Assembly (NCBI GenBank): GCA_964247055.1
Contig: OZ176050.1
Coordinates: 8,618,001-8,682,000 of the forward strand
Length of the DNA: 64,000 nt
Direction of reading: 5' to 3'
From: Paragordius varius
Taxonomy: Eukaryota > Animalia > Nematomorpha
The notes under the pieces were generated by a model. That model saw only the letters and a program-made list of their open reading frames with translations. It had not been told where the DNA came from and did not search any database. Positions 48,301 to 60,923 of this stretch are shown here, one piece after another; position 1 is the stretch's first letter, and each line of letters opens with the position of its first letter. A program made the position numbers and the translations under genes.

Positions 48301-51300
48301 TTTGAGTTAAAAATGCGGCCCGCCATTGTGTTGGAATATCCTTTTTTATAAAATATTTTTAAAACAAAAACATTGATATTATTTCCGACAGTATTTTTAT
48401 TAAACTTGACGTTTAAAAACTGTTTTGAAGCGTTGAATGACCAATTTGAAATAAAAATGGTATATTTTTATAAATTTTATTATTTCATCCACTATATATT
48501 TTATAAGATAGCGAACCAGCGATAAAATAAAAAAATTATTATTCTTATACTCAAATTCCAATAAATATAACTTTTAAAAAAAAGTCATTAATGATTGTGC
48601 ACTGGAATATAATTGAAAAAATTGTCATTCCATAATTGTGTTTTTATGAAAAATAATATCCTAATATTACGCTGATAATGGTTAAATGGTATCTTGTTTT
48701 GATATTTCTTATCACAAATAAAACCGTTTTTATTGATTGTGAAAATGTTTTATTAATTGGGAAAATGTTTCGATTGACTGGGAAAACGTTTAGATTGACT
48801 GAGGAAACGTTTCGATTGACTGAGAAAACGTTTCGATTGAAAAACGTTTCGATTGATTGAGAAAATTTTCGATTGATTGGGAAAACGTTTTTTCTGACTG
48901 AATGGTATATTACGATTGAGAATCCTCATTTGGATTTCTTTTTTTAAATTTTCCTTATAATCAAAATAAACGCACCACAAAAACATCAATATCCATCCTA
49001 AATCGGTGGCGTGCAAAAAAAACCTGATACATATATTGATAGCAAAATGTATTAGTATTATCATGGTGTTTTTGGGTTTAGCCCTTACGAGCAATTTAAG
49101 AAAGTCTATATCACTTTTGTGGTAAGTGCCATGTCATATAATGGTAAGATTTGCGCACATTTGTTTAATAAAATTTTTTCGTGAGAGCTAGAGACTTCAT
49201 TCCAAAAAAATTCACTAAAAGATACTAAAAAATAAAATAATGTTTTAAATTAATTTTTGGCAAAATTTTATTGAGGCGTATTTCATACTATTTTGAGTCA
49301 TGATAAAAACTGTTTAAAAACGTTTTAAGAGATCTAATAAAAATACTGTCTTTATATAATTCGTTTAAACTTTCCATCACCTTAGAATTTTTATTCGCCT
49401 TTATGTTAAATTAAAGTTGTGTTTTTTTTCCAAAAATCACCAAAAATTCATGAGTGATAGAAATGTTCAGCATCATCGATATATATAGAAGGAGTGTTTA
49501 TTAAACCGTTTCTATCATGACTCAAAATAGTATGAAGTAAGCTTTAACAAACTTTTGTTAGATAAATTTTTGAAGGAAATATGTACTTTTTTATATTTGG
49601 TTAATATCAAAATTTACCATATATATAAAAGTTTATAACGAAATCTCTGCAATTTTGCGTTTATTTTAAGAAAACTAGCCTATTTTGGAAAGAAAAAAAT
49701 GGGACTTCTGGAGCCTACATCTGAAAATTTTATTTTTTAAAAATATTTGCTTGTTATATGTAGTTTATAATATATATATTTTGGAATGAAGCAATCACCT
49801 TTCACCAAAAAAATTTTAGTTAAATTAATGTCGCAAATTTCACCACTTTCTGATATGCAGCTTTTACCACAAAAGTATTAATAACTTTCTTAAATCACTC
49901 TCAAAACCAAAAGCCCCTTGATTATCCTGAAACATTTTCCTATCAAAATATATATATTTCATCTAGTTGTAATTTTATGTTAACCAAAATGCGTGCAAAT
50001 CAGTTTGTAAACAGTTTTAGCTGATAATACGTAAATATAGCCATAATATCCTATTTATTTTGGATAATTTGGAATAAATATGGAAAAATGAATTTTTTGA
50101 AAGCCTATATCCATTTAAATTTTTCGATTCTTTAAAATAATACCAATGATTCAAATTTTGCAGTTTTGAATATATTTTTAATTTAATATAACAAAAGATT
50201 TCTATACTTTGAATTTTTGTTCTTTTAAAATCAAGTCCTTATTAACAATAAATATTCAACATTAATTTCGATTCTTATTAACGGCATTTAACTTGAACGT
50301 TTTAATATATTTTTGGATTCTTAAAATTCAAGAATGCAAAATGCTACCAACATTTTAAATTTTCAAATTAACGGTTTGCATGTACCATGAGCTTTTAATA
50401 TTTATCTTTAGCCTGCAAAGTTGTTTTTATCGAAAACATCCGTAAAATTCCCCGGATAATTCTTATCAGTTATTGAGTAAATTCGAATTCCATATCTGTA
50501 CATTAGTTTTGCATTAAATCGGGAAAGATAGCATTATATTAGCGAAAAAAATTATTATTTGTGAATAAAAGAAGGCGAAAAAAATATATTTAAGCCAATA
50601 ATTTTTCTCTTTGCTGTATGTGCCATCTTTTATAATTTTTTAAAAACTAGCAATGTGCATTTCCTTATAAGGTGGCTTTTAATTTTTAAAAAAACCTGAT
50701 AAGAAATCGTCCTTTAACTTCCGTACTTGTCAGATAAATATCTTCCTTTAATATTTCTGCATATAAGGTGCGAGTTAACTCATTTGAATCCTATGTTGTG
50801 ATTATATATTTTTTCAAAAAACCTTGAAAGTAAAGCAAGCCATGCCACATTGAATAGGGTAGGGCATTGTAAAGCGTGCATCCGATTTTATCAATTGTCC
50901 TATGTATCCACCAAGTTTAACTATCTATTATTATCAAATAAAATCAAGAGAGTATTAGCAATTTAACAAAAACCTGGCGAATATCAGCTTTAATCTTGTT
51001 CATCCCAAACAAACCAATATGAAAATAAATCTTGAGAGCTCTAAAACGTCTCCCTAACGATATTTGCCAATCCTATAAAAATGAAGAATTAGTCGCGTCA
51101 AGCAAACCTTGTATTCTACAACATCATCCATACCAGTTTTCAAATAATTTGGTGTTATTCCAATAGCATTTGTTAGATCTTTAGATTTTTCTATCCTTAT
51201 TAATAAATAGGTGGTAAAGGGCAAAGTAAATGTAAAAACAATACTTTATTTAACATTTTATTTTCCAAAAATATATGTGCTTTAATATTAACTAATAGTT

Positions 51301-54300
51301 TTTAAAAATTTAAAAATTAATCCAATTACCATAAGATTGAACAATCAAAACATATTCCCATCAATTTATGCGGATTGAATGCAAATGATTGTGCATGCTA
51401 AAACGTACATAATAATGTTTTCATACTTCGACACCATGAGAATAAATTTTTCGATATTCCTCACATAATAACAAGGTTCCAGCATAGGCTGCATCAACAT
51501 GCATCCAAATATTGTGGAATTTTTTGCCTGAATACAAAACTTTTTTGAGTATGCTTTCAATAAAACAGTTTTTAACATAATGACTTTAGTTTTTGACCCA
51601 TTAAAAAAACAACGGATCTGATCGCTTGTAAATGTATTTTTTATGAACCCTTCTTTAAATATTAAAAATATTAATATATGTAACTAAAGGATTCATATCA
51701 AAATTTAACCAACTAAATCATTTATATACTTTTAATAATATGTTGTGTATAAACAAAACTTAATTTATTTCATATTAATTTATTTATTTGTTTTATATTT
51801 TTTCCCGAAATAAAATTTGACGCTTATTAGCGGTTACAGTCACGATCATGGATGCATAATGAGATACATTCATGCTTTTATTTAAACACATATATTGTTT
51901 TAATGGGATGGACTGGGTTTGGAAAAAACATTTTTTATACCATTAACAGTTGGATACCCCCTTATTCAAATATACGCATAATATACATCTTCACATCACC
52001 CCTTTAAAGTATGACATTCTTCAACCTTTTTGTTTTTCGACTCAATTTTTTGATATTTATAGTTTATTATTTAAATTGAATTCAGATCGCTATAAAATTA
52101 GTTCTTTATTCAAGGGGCTAAAGTTGGACATTTGTAAAAGCTGGGCTATTAATTTATGAGAATTTCAAACATATTGCTATTCATTAAAGGATAAAGATTA
52201 CGCCATCGGTTTTTTTGTAAAGAAGCCGCAACACATCGCTTATTATAAATTCCATATTTTTTATAATTTAAAGCAGAGTCCTTTCTAAACTTTTTTCGTT
52301 CACTGCCCACAAAATTGAAAAAAAATTCCTCTACCCCCCTCATCCCAAAAAAACAAAAATAAAAATTAATTATAATATAAAAAAAATCATCAATAAGATC
52401 CTTTCCGCAATTTTATTAGTTTTTTGACTTATTTTATTTTTGTATATTAAGATATTTAGTAAGAACCAGTAAATAAAATAAATATGTGTGAATTTAAGAG
52501 TAATGATTACTTCCCAAACCATAACTTTAAATTAAAGAAAATAATAATAAATAAACTAGTTTTAATAGTAAACATTTTGTTTATAACAAATTTAAGGTCG
52601 TTTCTCCAAATTTTTCGCGCCTACCCCTAGATTTTTCTACGTTTTTCTTTTGGGATTTAAAAAATAAAATCTCTGGTTTCCTGTTAAATAAATAATATTT
52701 AAGAATGATAATATTAGAGTGTTGAGTAACTGCCGGATAAAACAAAAATAAAAATGGCATTTGTTATTAATTAACGGCTTACAAACATTCCCGATTAAGG
52801 ACATATCATCAAAAGCGCAAGTGTTTGTCGTTCCCAACGTTACCACCACCTATGATTAGAAGTAAGAATTAAACTAAGAACGGATGTAATCCTTTTCCAA
52901 TATCCTCCAACATTTTCGACTCTAAAAGCTGCGGATCCATGGTTAAATCTTCTCTCGATTCTATTATACAAAGTTGCGTAGCACTGAGTCGCGCGGCTTT
53001 AGCAATTGAGGAATGTGCCTGTACAATATACAGTCATGTATCCTTTGTTTTATGAAAAATTTATTTTTCTCGTTTAATGGGTATAAATATTTGGTAAAGA
53101 ATGGAAAAAACAAGAGCTCTATGGTAATTCTTATACTTTTTTGATGAATATGATATTGTTAATACCATAGAGCTCTAGCTTTTTCCATTCTTTGCCAAAT
53201 ATTTATACCCATTTAACGAAAGAAAATAATTTTTTGATAAAATAAAGGATACATGACTGTATGTGTATTTTAAATATGGGATATATGCTGTTACATTGAT
53301 TATAATAAGTGTTTTAAAAGATTTAATGTAAGACAAGAAGGAATTATCATAAATAATTAAAAATACATTTGTCGGTATTGATTATTTTTTAGAAATACCA
53401 TAGAATATCGAAATATCTTTCAAAAAATACTATTTGTGGATTAATTATTAGATTTTAAGAAAAGGGTTTCCTAAAAAATTATTTTATAAGATTATATCCA
53501 GATCTATTTTTACAAAATTTTAGTATTATAGCAAATTATGAATAAAACAAAAGTGCGATTGTCCTAATTAAATTCGAAACTATAATTATTACAATAAATT
53601 TGCAAATATTTATCCTAATTTTCAAAGTTAACTAATTCAAACGGTTGAGATTAAGAAAAATACACCCTAAAAATTATCACCCCATACTTGATCAGATGTA
53701 TAAGCAATTATTTTTCCTAGGGCTTCATAATACGACATATCTTTGTTATGTTTCATTAATTCTGCAATTTTCTTCTCTCTTGCTGCAATAAATATTACAA
53801 CGGCTCCGTCGCTAGCTGTTGTCTATATAAAAAAATAGTAAATTTTTAAAGTCCAATATGCAAATGTTTCACTTGCACTGATTTTATATTTTAGCCTTGA
53901 AACAAGTTGTGGATTTTTAAACGATTACTATCTTAAAATATATGGAAATTATTTAAAAACGTGTCATATAAAAAATAGATAAAAATTGCGTACGATTTGG
54001 ACATAATAAAGGATATAAAATGGATGTGGATAAAATGGTTCTTCTATATATACAATTTTCGAACGGAATGTTTTAATTTATCAAACACGTTAACTTGGAA
54101 AAAACGATTGCAATAATATATATGTTATAAACAATAACCTTTTATGGGTGAGATCAATAAAAAAGATTTTAAAAGGAAGTGGCGAAAAAAGAAACCACTC
54201 TACATGAACTAATAAAAATCCAAGTGGCTTTATTATATTAAGATGAAATTACATAAAGAGCTATTTAATTTTCGACAACTATCACATGATTCGTATTATA

Positions 54301-56155
54301 TGGATACACAAATAGGTTTGGCGGTTAGTATTCATAATATATGGCATTTATAAATATTTAGATTTTAAAATTAAAACTGTAAAATACAAACAGAATATAG
54401 CATGTATTATTATTTCCTTGCCAATTAGATAAATTTGATAATTTTGATAAATATCAATTTTATTAAGATTTTGTGAGCATATTTTTGCAAATTAAGGATT
54501 TTTATGTGGTGGACACCTCTGTTATATATTGTAAATAATTAAAGTGACATTATTAAATGGCTGAAGGCAGAAATATGCTTTTTTATATATTGTAACTTTT
54601 GCCGAGGGTTCATGTTTTGCGGTTCTCCGGAAAATACTATTCAAGTGTGTTTTATTTGATGATTGATGCTTATGGTAGATGTCGACCTGCAATTTACAAG
54701 AATATTTCATCTTTTCTTGTCTATATTCGGTTTTGAAATTAAAAAGCAAATATCAACACCTAAAATTAACATGTCAGGAATGAGCAAATTGTGGAAACAG
54801 CACTAAAATACGCTTGATTAATGCGTTGATTTTGGATGTGAAAGTAGGACAATGTGAAAGATAGGAATTACGTTCGAATTTTGTTTAAGAAAAATTACAT
54901 ACACAATTTGGACGATTAAATATCCAACAAAGAAGTTTACAATAAAACTATTCCTATTCCTAATAGGTTAAATTAGAAGCACATATCGTATTTTGGGCTC
55001 GTCTTTCGCGTAGAACTTTAGAGAAAATGATGCTCGGTAAAGTAAACGGATAACCGCATACCTACCCACGCCTATTTTATCAAAAATGCGAATAAACACA
55101 AATACCATTTACTTAGTCAGTTATTACAATAGGGCACTGTATAATGCGGTCGGTTTCGTAAAAAGTAGCATTAAGACATATAAAACTAGATTAGTCCATC
55201 TATATCCATGCATTATTATTTTTTTCCTTAATTTAACAAATCTTTCTTATCTCGTAAATATGGAAGAGTTAAAATTTAAATATAAGAATCACTTGTATAA
55301 CGCCCCCACCTCCCAAATTTGAGTCGAATCGGAATTTAGAAGGTAAATCCATTTCATATGCAAGCCAATCTACCATAATCATTTCCAATTCCGTGTAAGC
55401 AGGGCATGCTGGCTAAAAATGACAAAGATCTGTTTAACGTCTGATAAAATAGAATATGTGTCATTGACATAACTTAAATAAGTGTGCTTAAAATATTTAA
55501 TATTGATGAGATAACATAAGCAAGTCCTATTGTGGTTATATTGATTGGAAAACCTTAGTTACGAATAATAAAACTCAAACGTCTCAATTAATCCAAAGTT
55601 ATAGATAGTAAAGATAGATATGTGACGTTGACATTTTAATTATATGATTTTGTTAAGATTATATATTTAATTATATTTAACGAATATTTTGAATTTCCAT
55701 AATATATTGTAAATACATATATATATATATATATATATTTGTCTCAAACAATATACCCAATTAAACCCGATAGAACTAAATGCATCAGATATGATATCGG
55801 CATACACTGATGGATATGAGAAGCCAGTTGGGAAATAGCCATGGAATTTAGGACTTTGCCAATGCACCATTCCAGGCATAATTTTTTGGATTAAATCATC
55901 AAACAAAGAATCAAAACTTCTTTCCTCCGTATTTGCTTTTACGTCTAAGAGTGGTCGTAGATAGTTTGGTTTAATATTAGCGCTCGGTTTTACGGGTAAA
56001 TCCCGAATATTATTATGATAATTTTGCACAAATTCTAATAATTTATAGCCGTTTTCTAAGAAAGTGTCGTCTAAAAACGATTTCTCTTTTTCTGTCCCAT
56101 TTGTTAGAGGCGGCCAATCGTTTTCATGATCATTTTGATGATGCCCGTTATTCAT
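45324..56155 (-). CDS. DDC: Aromatic-L-amino-acid (DOPA) decarboxylase, group II PLP enzyme
   Basis: Exons 56155-55757, 55412-55293, 53822-53688, 53018-52875, 52849-52783, 51527-51427, 51397-51330, 51195-51108, 51072-50974, 50924-50823, 50790-50696, 45426-45324. Motifs MPGMVHWQSPKFHGYFP, YTELE, YTSDQAHSS, TLGTT, WMHVDAAYAG, FNPHK (PLP Lys), DWQISLGRRFRALK; Gly rather than Ser at the HDC/TDC-diagnostic position. Confidence 0.9.
47558..48905. mobile_element. Fold-back element with 21-bp subterminal arrays in the last DDC intron
   Basis: TA|CTATTTCCCAGTC.. and ..GACTGAATGG|TA; arrays of TTTTCCCAGTCAATCGAAACG at 47560-47690, inverted at 48740-48900; diverged arms of about 450 bp; a hAT-like fragment (GGTGGCCAAACGCGGCCC) in the centre. 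Confidence 0.78.
49030..49970. mobile_element. Old inverted-repeat element of a dispersed family
   Basis: About 49040-49210 is a diverged reverse complement of about 49770-49960. The motif CCACAAAAG..AAATCACTC..CCAAAAGCACCATG also occurs at about 14680-14780, 32280-32330 (reverse) and 34240-34330. Confidence 0.6.
53031..53259. mobile_element. 229-bp palindromic Tc1/mariner-type MITE
   Basis: TA|CAGTCATGTATCCTT ... AAGGATACATGACTG|TA; arms of about 95 bp; only 10 nt from a DDC 3' splice site. Confidence 0.88.
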
Positions 56156-58995
56156 TTTTTACAAAAATTAAGGCAAATTAACCAAAAACAACTATTTTTA
56201 ATTATAATTGTTACTCTGTATAACTATTGTAATATTAATAAAAAAAAATTTTTTTGATTCCCTTACGCTCATTGATAAGGGTAAATAAAATATTTATGAC
56301 TTTGTAAAAAAAGGTATAATTAAAAATTGATATTGATTGCATTAAATAAGTGTGAATAAATATTCTATTCTATTATATTATTCGCACAAATCAATTAGCA
56401 TTGAATATATAATAATATCGATACTTACAAAAGTGTAAAATGCTATATTTAATTGTAAAAAATATGCAAATTTCTTTATAGGTTTTTCCATTATTATAGG
56501 TATACTTTAAATTCATGTGTAAGTATGGTTAATAAATATGTACAAGTGGAAGTCCATTAACAGTTTTTTTGAAGTTTTACTAAAAGGACTGCGAACTTAA
56601 TTCTTATAAATAATTTTATGAACATTTAAAATATTCGAATTTTTTTTATAATTTAAATGTTGTTAGAAAAAACTTATACATTTTCAAGCTTAACAATTTT
56701 ACATTCCTGGATGATAATTAAGTGATAGCGGTTTATGTGCAAACAGGAATATACTCTTTTATTATAATAAAGTGAATTTATAGATTGAAATTATAATTGA
56801 TTTGGGTTTATTGACATGTTTGGTTGTTAATTTACATTGCTAAATGGTATGATTTATTTTATACAACTGCTTGTGCATTAACCTGTTATAATATAAATCT
56901 CTTATTGTTAAAAGTTTTTCAAAAAATAGTAAATTTGATATATTAAACATTTCATTTTTTCTTGATTGTAGATCTCATAAGCTTAATTCTAATTTTAACC
57001 AAATTAAAAAATTGTTCTTTTTATTAAGCATGGACTTTATAAAATATACATTACTAAGACTCACTAAAAGCAAATATAATTAATTAAATTTATTAAATAA
57101 TAATTTTTTGCATATTTTATTATCGATGCAACAAAAAATTGAAATATTTGGCGAAATAAGAATTAGGAATTATAAATTTGTCATTTTATTTTTTGACTAA
57201 AACACCTTTAAATGGACATAGATATATAATTTAGAATTTATAGGAGTGATTTTTAAACGCCGTGATGTCATATTTATGGTCCGAAAAATTATGCGGACAC
57301 ATTCTTATGCTATTGAAAAGAGGGTGTAATGCGAACTTTTGAATGCATAGAGTACATTGATATCGGCCCCTTTAGAGTATTAGTGGTTTAAAATCTCTAT
57401 TTTTCCATTTGAATGGTAAGGGCTTAAATTGTGTAAAAAAATAATGATTTTAGCACTAACTTCAGGATTAACAGTCAGCAATCTCGTGTTTCCAACTTTG
57501 AAGACGTCTTGACCGCTCTACCAATCAAAAAGGAAAAAAGATACTTTAAACTGCATATTTATTTATTTTTTATAAGCCTCAAATTTTACAATGCTTAGGG
57601 GGCCAAAATAATCAAAGGCATGTACAATACCAAAATTAAAGTGTTAATATTAAAAAAATTATACCATATCATGATATAAAAATATTCTATAATAGTTAAT
57701 TTTTGAATTTTGACATATTTCAAATAATTCGTATATTATCAAACACACGACATATGCTTAAACTTTTTTATTTTAATATAATTATTTATCATATATTAAC
57801 ACTTCATTAGACTTTCATTTTTTTGTACGCGATGACATTTTGGCGTAGTATTCTACCCCACAGCTTAATGTAGTAAACAAAATAGTGTTTTGAAAGTTGT
57901 TCTGGTTTAAATCTAATTATCAAACCCTCTACTCCCGTATAAGATAAAATACTTGGATTCGTTACTATTTTAGCTTTAAGAGTTCCGAATTCATATATCT
58001 CCAAAACATAATTGAAACAAACAGCTGATATTAAATAAAATCAAAAAATATCAATACTTGGTAAATTGTAATTTGAAAGCTATCCAAAGTAATTAATTTA
58101 TAATTTTCAACCATAATATATATTTATATTGTTGTTGTATAATTTTAAAACAATTAAAAATGGCGGCGAAATGTGAGAAATTCAAATTTTTTTATAAAAA
58201 TATTATAATAATGCGTCTAAAAGGCTAAAAAAGCATATTTTTAAATTTGGCCCACGCTTAAAATATTTTTTACTGTATCTAAATTTTGAATTGGCTCTGG
58301 GGTGTGGAACTACCCCACAAAGTCTTGAAGATATATGAAAAAAGGTGTTTTTTGGATGTGTAGCGCATTGGATTTTCGCTTATATGGCGTTTTATCTTTT
58401 TATTATGCACAACAGCTAAAAGGGCATATGCTTAAAGGCTGGATGGCATAAAGATTATCCAAATTTTCTATAATTAAGGTGACAACCATTCTTAAAGGTT
58501 GTATTTTCGTATAAACATTATTCTATAGCAAAATATGACTTCATAAATACTAAGACTTAGTGCATATAACACTTCAAATATTAAAAAATCAAATCTAAAT
58601 CGCAAAAGCTCATAGAACAAACAATCTTTGATCGCATAAATTAATAGAAACTTTTGTGTGACCAAGGTAGAGTTATTATTATAATTAACCATACATATAG
58701 CCAAAACATTTCAGTGTTTTCGATGATTTTTTCTGAAAACCAATTTTAGATATAGGTAATAAACATTGTTACTATCAATGATTCGGTAATATTCAAAATC
58801 AAACTTAATTTATGTCGTAAAAAGGCAATCAGTTTACAAATAGGATTTAAAAATGATATAGTAACCATGTGCGTTGGTATACGGATGTTATGTGTTTCAA
58901 GTGCCAAAAAATTTATTGAAGATTTTTTGCCAAACACAACAAAACAGATTTATAAATTTACATTTATATTAATTATAATTATCGTTTCCATTATT

Positions 58996-59953
58996 ATGAA
59001 CGTTGTCAGTAACTTAATTTTTCTACTGATTCTCTGGTTAGCGGCTGTTGAAGGATCACCAAAAAGAAGTAATTCATTTTTAAATATACATTAATTTTTA
59101 GTTACAAAAATATATGGAAAATATCTGATAACTATTGTACAAAAATTAGTAGCAATTTTCAAAACTTGGAACTTTTAATATATTTTAAATCATCATAAGA
59201 TTGCGACGCAATATAAAAAAAACTTAAATAGACGCAAACTTTATTAAATTCCAGCAAATTTAAACAAACATTTTAATTTTTATTGGGAGTCCCAAAAAGT
59301 GATTTACTTTAGATCACAAAGTCAGGGCTCTACTCTTAAATAAAAATAAGTTATATCAAATTAAAGTTTTCTTATTGAATATATTCAACATTTATAATTT
59401 TTTATAAAACGGAATCAAAAAAACTTTTTGGATTCAGGAAACATAATTTTTATCCCTTAAATACTTTGCATGTTTATATAAAACCGTACATATTATTGTT
59501 TATTTAATAAAGAGAGTAATTTTCTAAACCGAAAACATTAGCTTGTTTTCCGGACAGCATTCAACCAAAAAAACAGTTTTAAACCTATAAAATGGTAAAG
59601 GTGTATATTTCACCTTTTTGTAAAAGTTTTATTTCTTTAGGTTAAGGGTAGCCAAATTTCTATGGCTTAGTTATTTGACTTTTTGTGACACCATTTATCT
59701 TTAATCCATAATACAAGAGAACCCCGCCCCTTTTCTTAAAATATATAATATGTAACCCCTGGTAAAAACTTTGCATTTGTAATATATTTTAGAAAGGGAA
59801 ATATCATGCGCTAGATGGTGTGAACCAGATATATGCCAGGATGCTAAATGCGAACGTTTCCCAGAAGCTGTTTGCAAGATAAATTATTGTGCCTGCGAAC
59901 CAGTTTTCTATCTTAATGGCCAACGTATTGAAAATTGTTGGTGGTTGGTATAA
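58996..59953 (+). CDS. Secreted cysteine-rich prepropeptide (77 aa, 8 Cys), not in the ORF track
   Basis: Exon 58996-59068 (phase-1 donor GTAATT) + exon 59793-59953 (acceptor TATTTTAG) give MNVVSNLIFLLILWLAAVEGSPKRKREISCARWCEPDICQDAKCERFPEAVCKINYCACEPVFYLNGQRIENCWWLV; signal-peptide-like N-terminus and a GC-elevated second exon. Confidence 0.78.
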
Positions 59954-60129
59954 TTGGATTTTGGGCAAGAAGCCATTCAACTATAACATAAACTATTAAT
60001 GTCATATACTAAATTATAATATTTTGAAATATGAAATAAGCATCGAATTATAACATTGATTCATTAAACTAAATTGAATTAATTTCTAACTCTTCTTTAT
60101 ATATATTGTTATCATGTTTATCATATATA

Positions 60130-60435
60130 CCATAAGTTCAACACTCTGAACTACTCGAACAATTAAAATTCCCCCTTGAACAATTCATAATTCACCTTAA
60201 AAATAAATTATGTGTTTTCGGGATAATATGACTCAGCATTAATATGGAAAATATTTTTACGACATATTTATTATTTTTTGAGCATTATATTAATTTTAAA
60301 CAGAATTTAATATTTTAAAATTATTATAAAATAAAAGTAAATTTTAATCTCAAAAACACATAATTTAGTTTAGGGTGAATTTGAGTTCTTCGAGGGTGAA
60401 TTTGAATCGTTCAAGGGTAAATGAATCGTAAATGG
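60130..60435. mobile_element. MITE of the CCATTTAC/21-bp-repeat family (copy 5)
   Basis: TA|CCATAAGTTCAAC.. decayed left end; ..GGGTGAATTTGAATCGTTCAAGGG..CGTAAATGG|TA right end. Confidence 0.72.
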
Positions 60436-60923
60436 TATGTATATACACGGAAATAATATTGTTTATAATTTTAAACATTTTTCTCTCAATTAGACCACTA
60501 TTTAACCTTTCAAAAAGTATCCTATCATTTTTAAACCATGTTTCTACCAAATTCAATTTCTTTTTACTTTTCGTGTATAATGTAAATAGCGTTATTTGCG
60601 TGTTTTTACTTAAATTTCTAAAAAACAGGGTCCATCCCACAAAAATAAATCCTGATTTCTGTAATTTGACCATTAAGCGGTTAGTATAAGTTGGAACCAG
60701 CATGGTTGACTTTCTCAAGAATTTGAGAAACTTGATGTAATCAAATTTTTGAGAATCAACCCGGTCCCAACCGTCCAGCACTCACTCTGGTTCTTCGAAC
60801 ATTTTGGCCTGGTTCGAAGTCCTTCTAAAAAATTGAAAATATTTATCACAATTTATATCTTTTGAAATATACCACTCATATAATAATAGAGAATGATATC
60901 GATGAACATACATCTACATAAAG

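Noticed and set aside
48678-49094. ORFs with FRLTGKT / SQSKRF repeats
   Set aside because: Translations of the second 21-bp transposon array.
60365-60781. 138-aa and 85-aa ORFs
   Set aside because: They run into MITE copy 5, with low-complexity AT-driven composition and no family signature.
60790-60825. GGTTCGAA hairpin resembling a tRNA T-loop
   Set aside because: No acceptor stem, D-arm or anticodon arm can be built around it.
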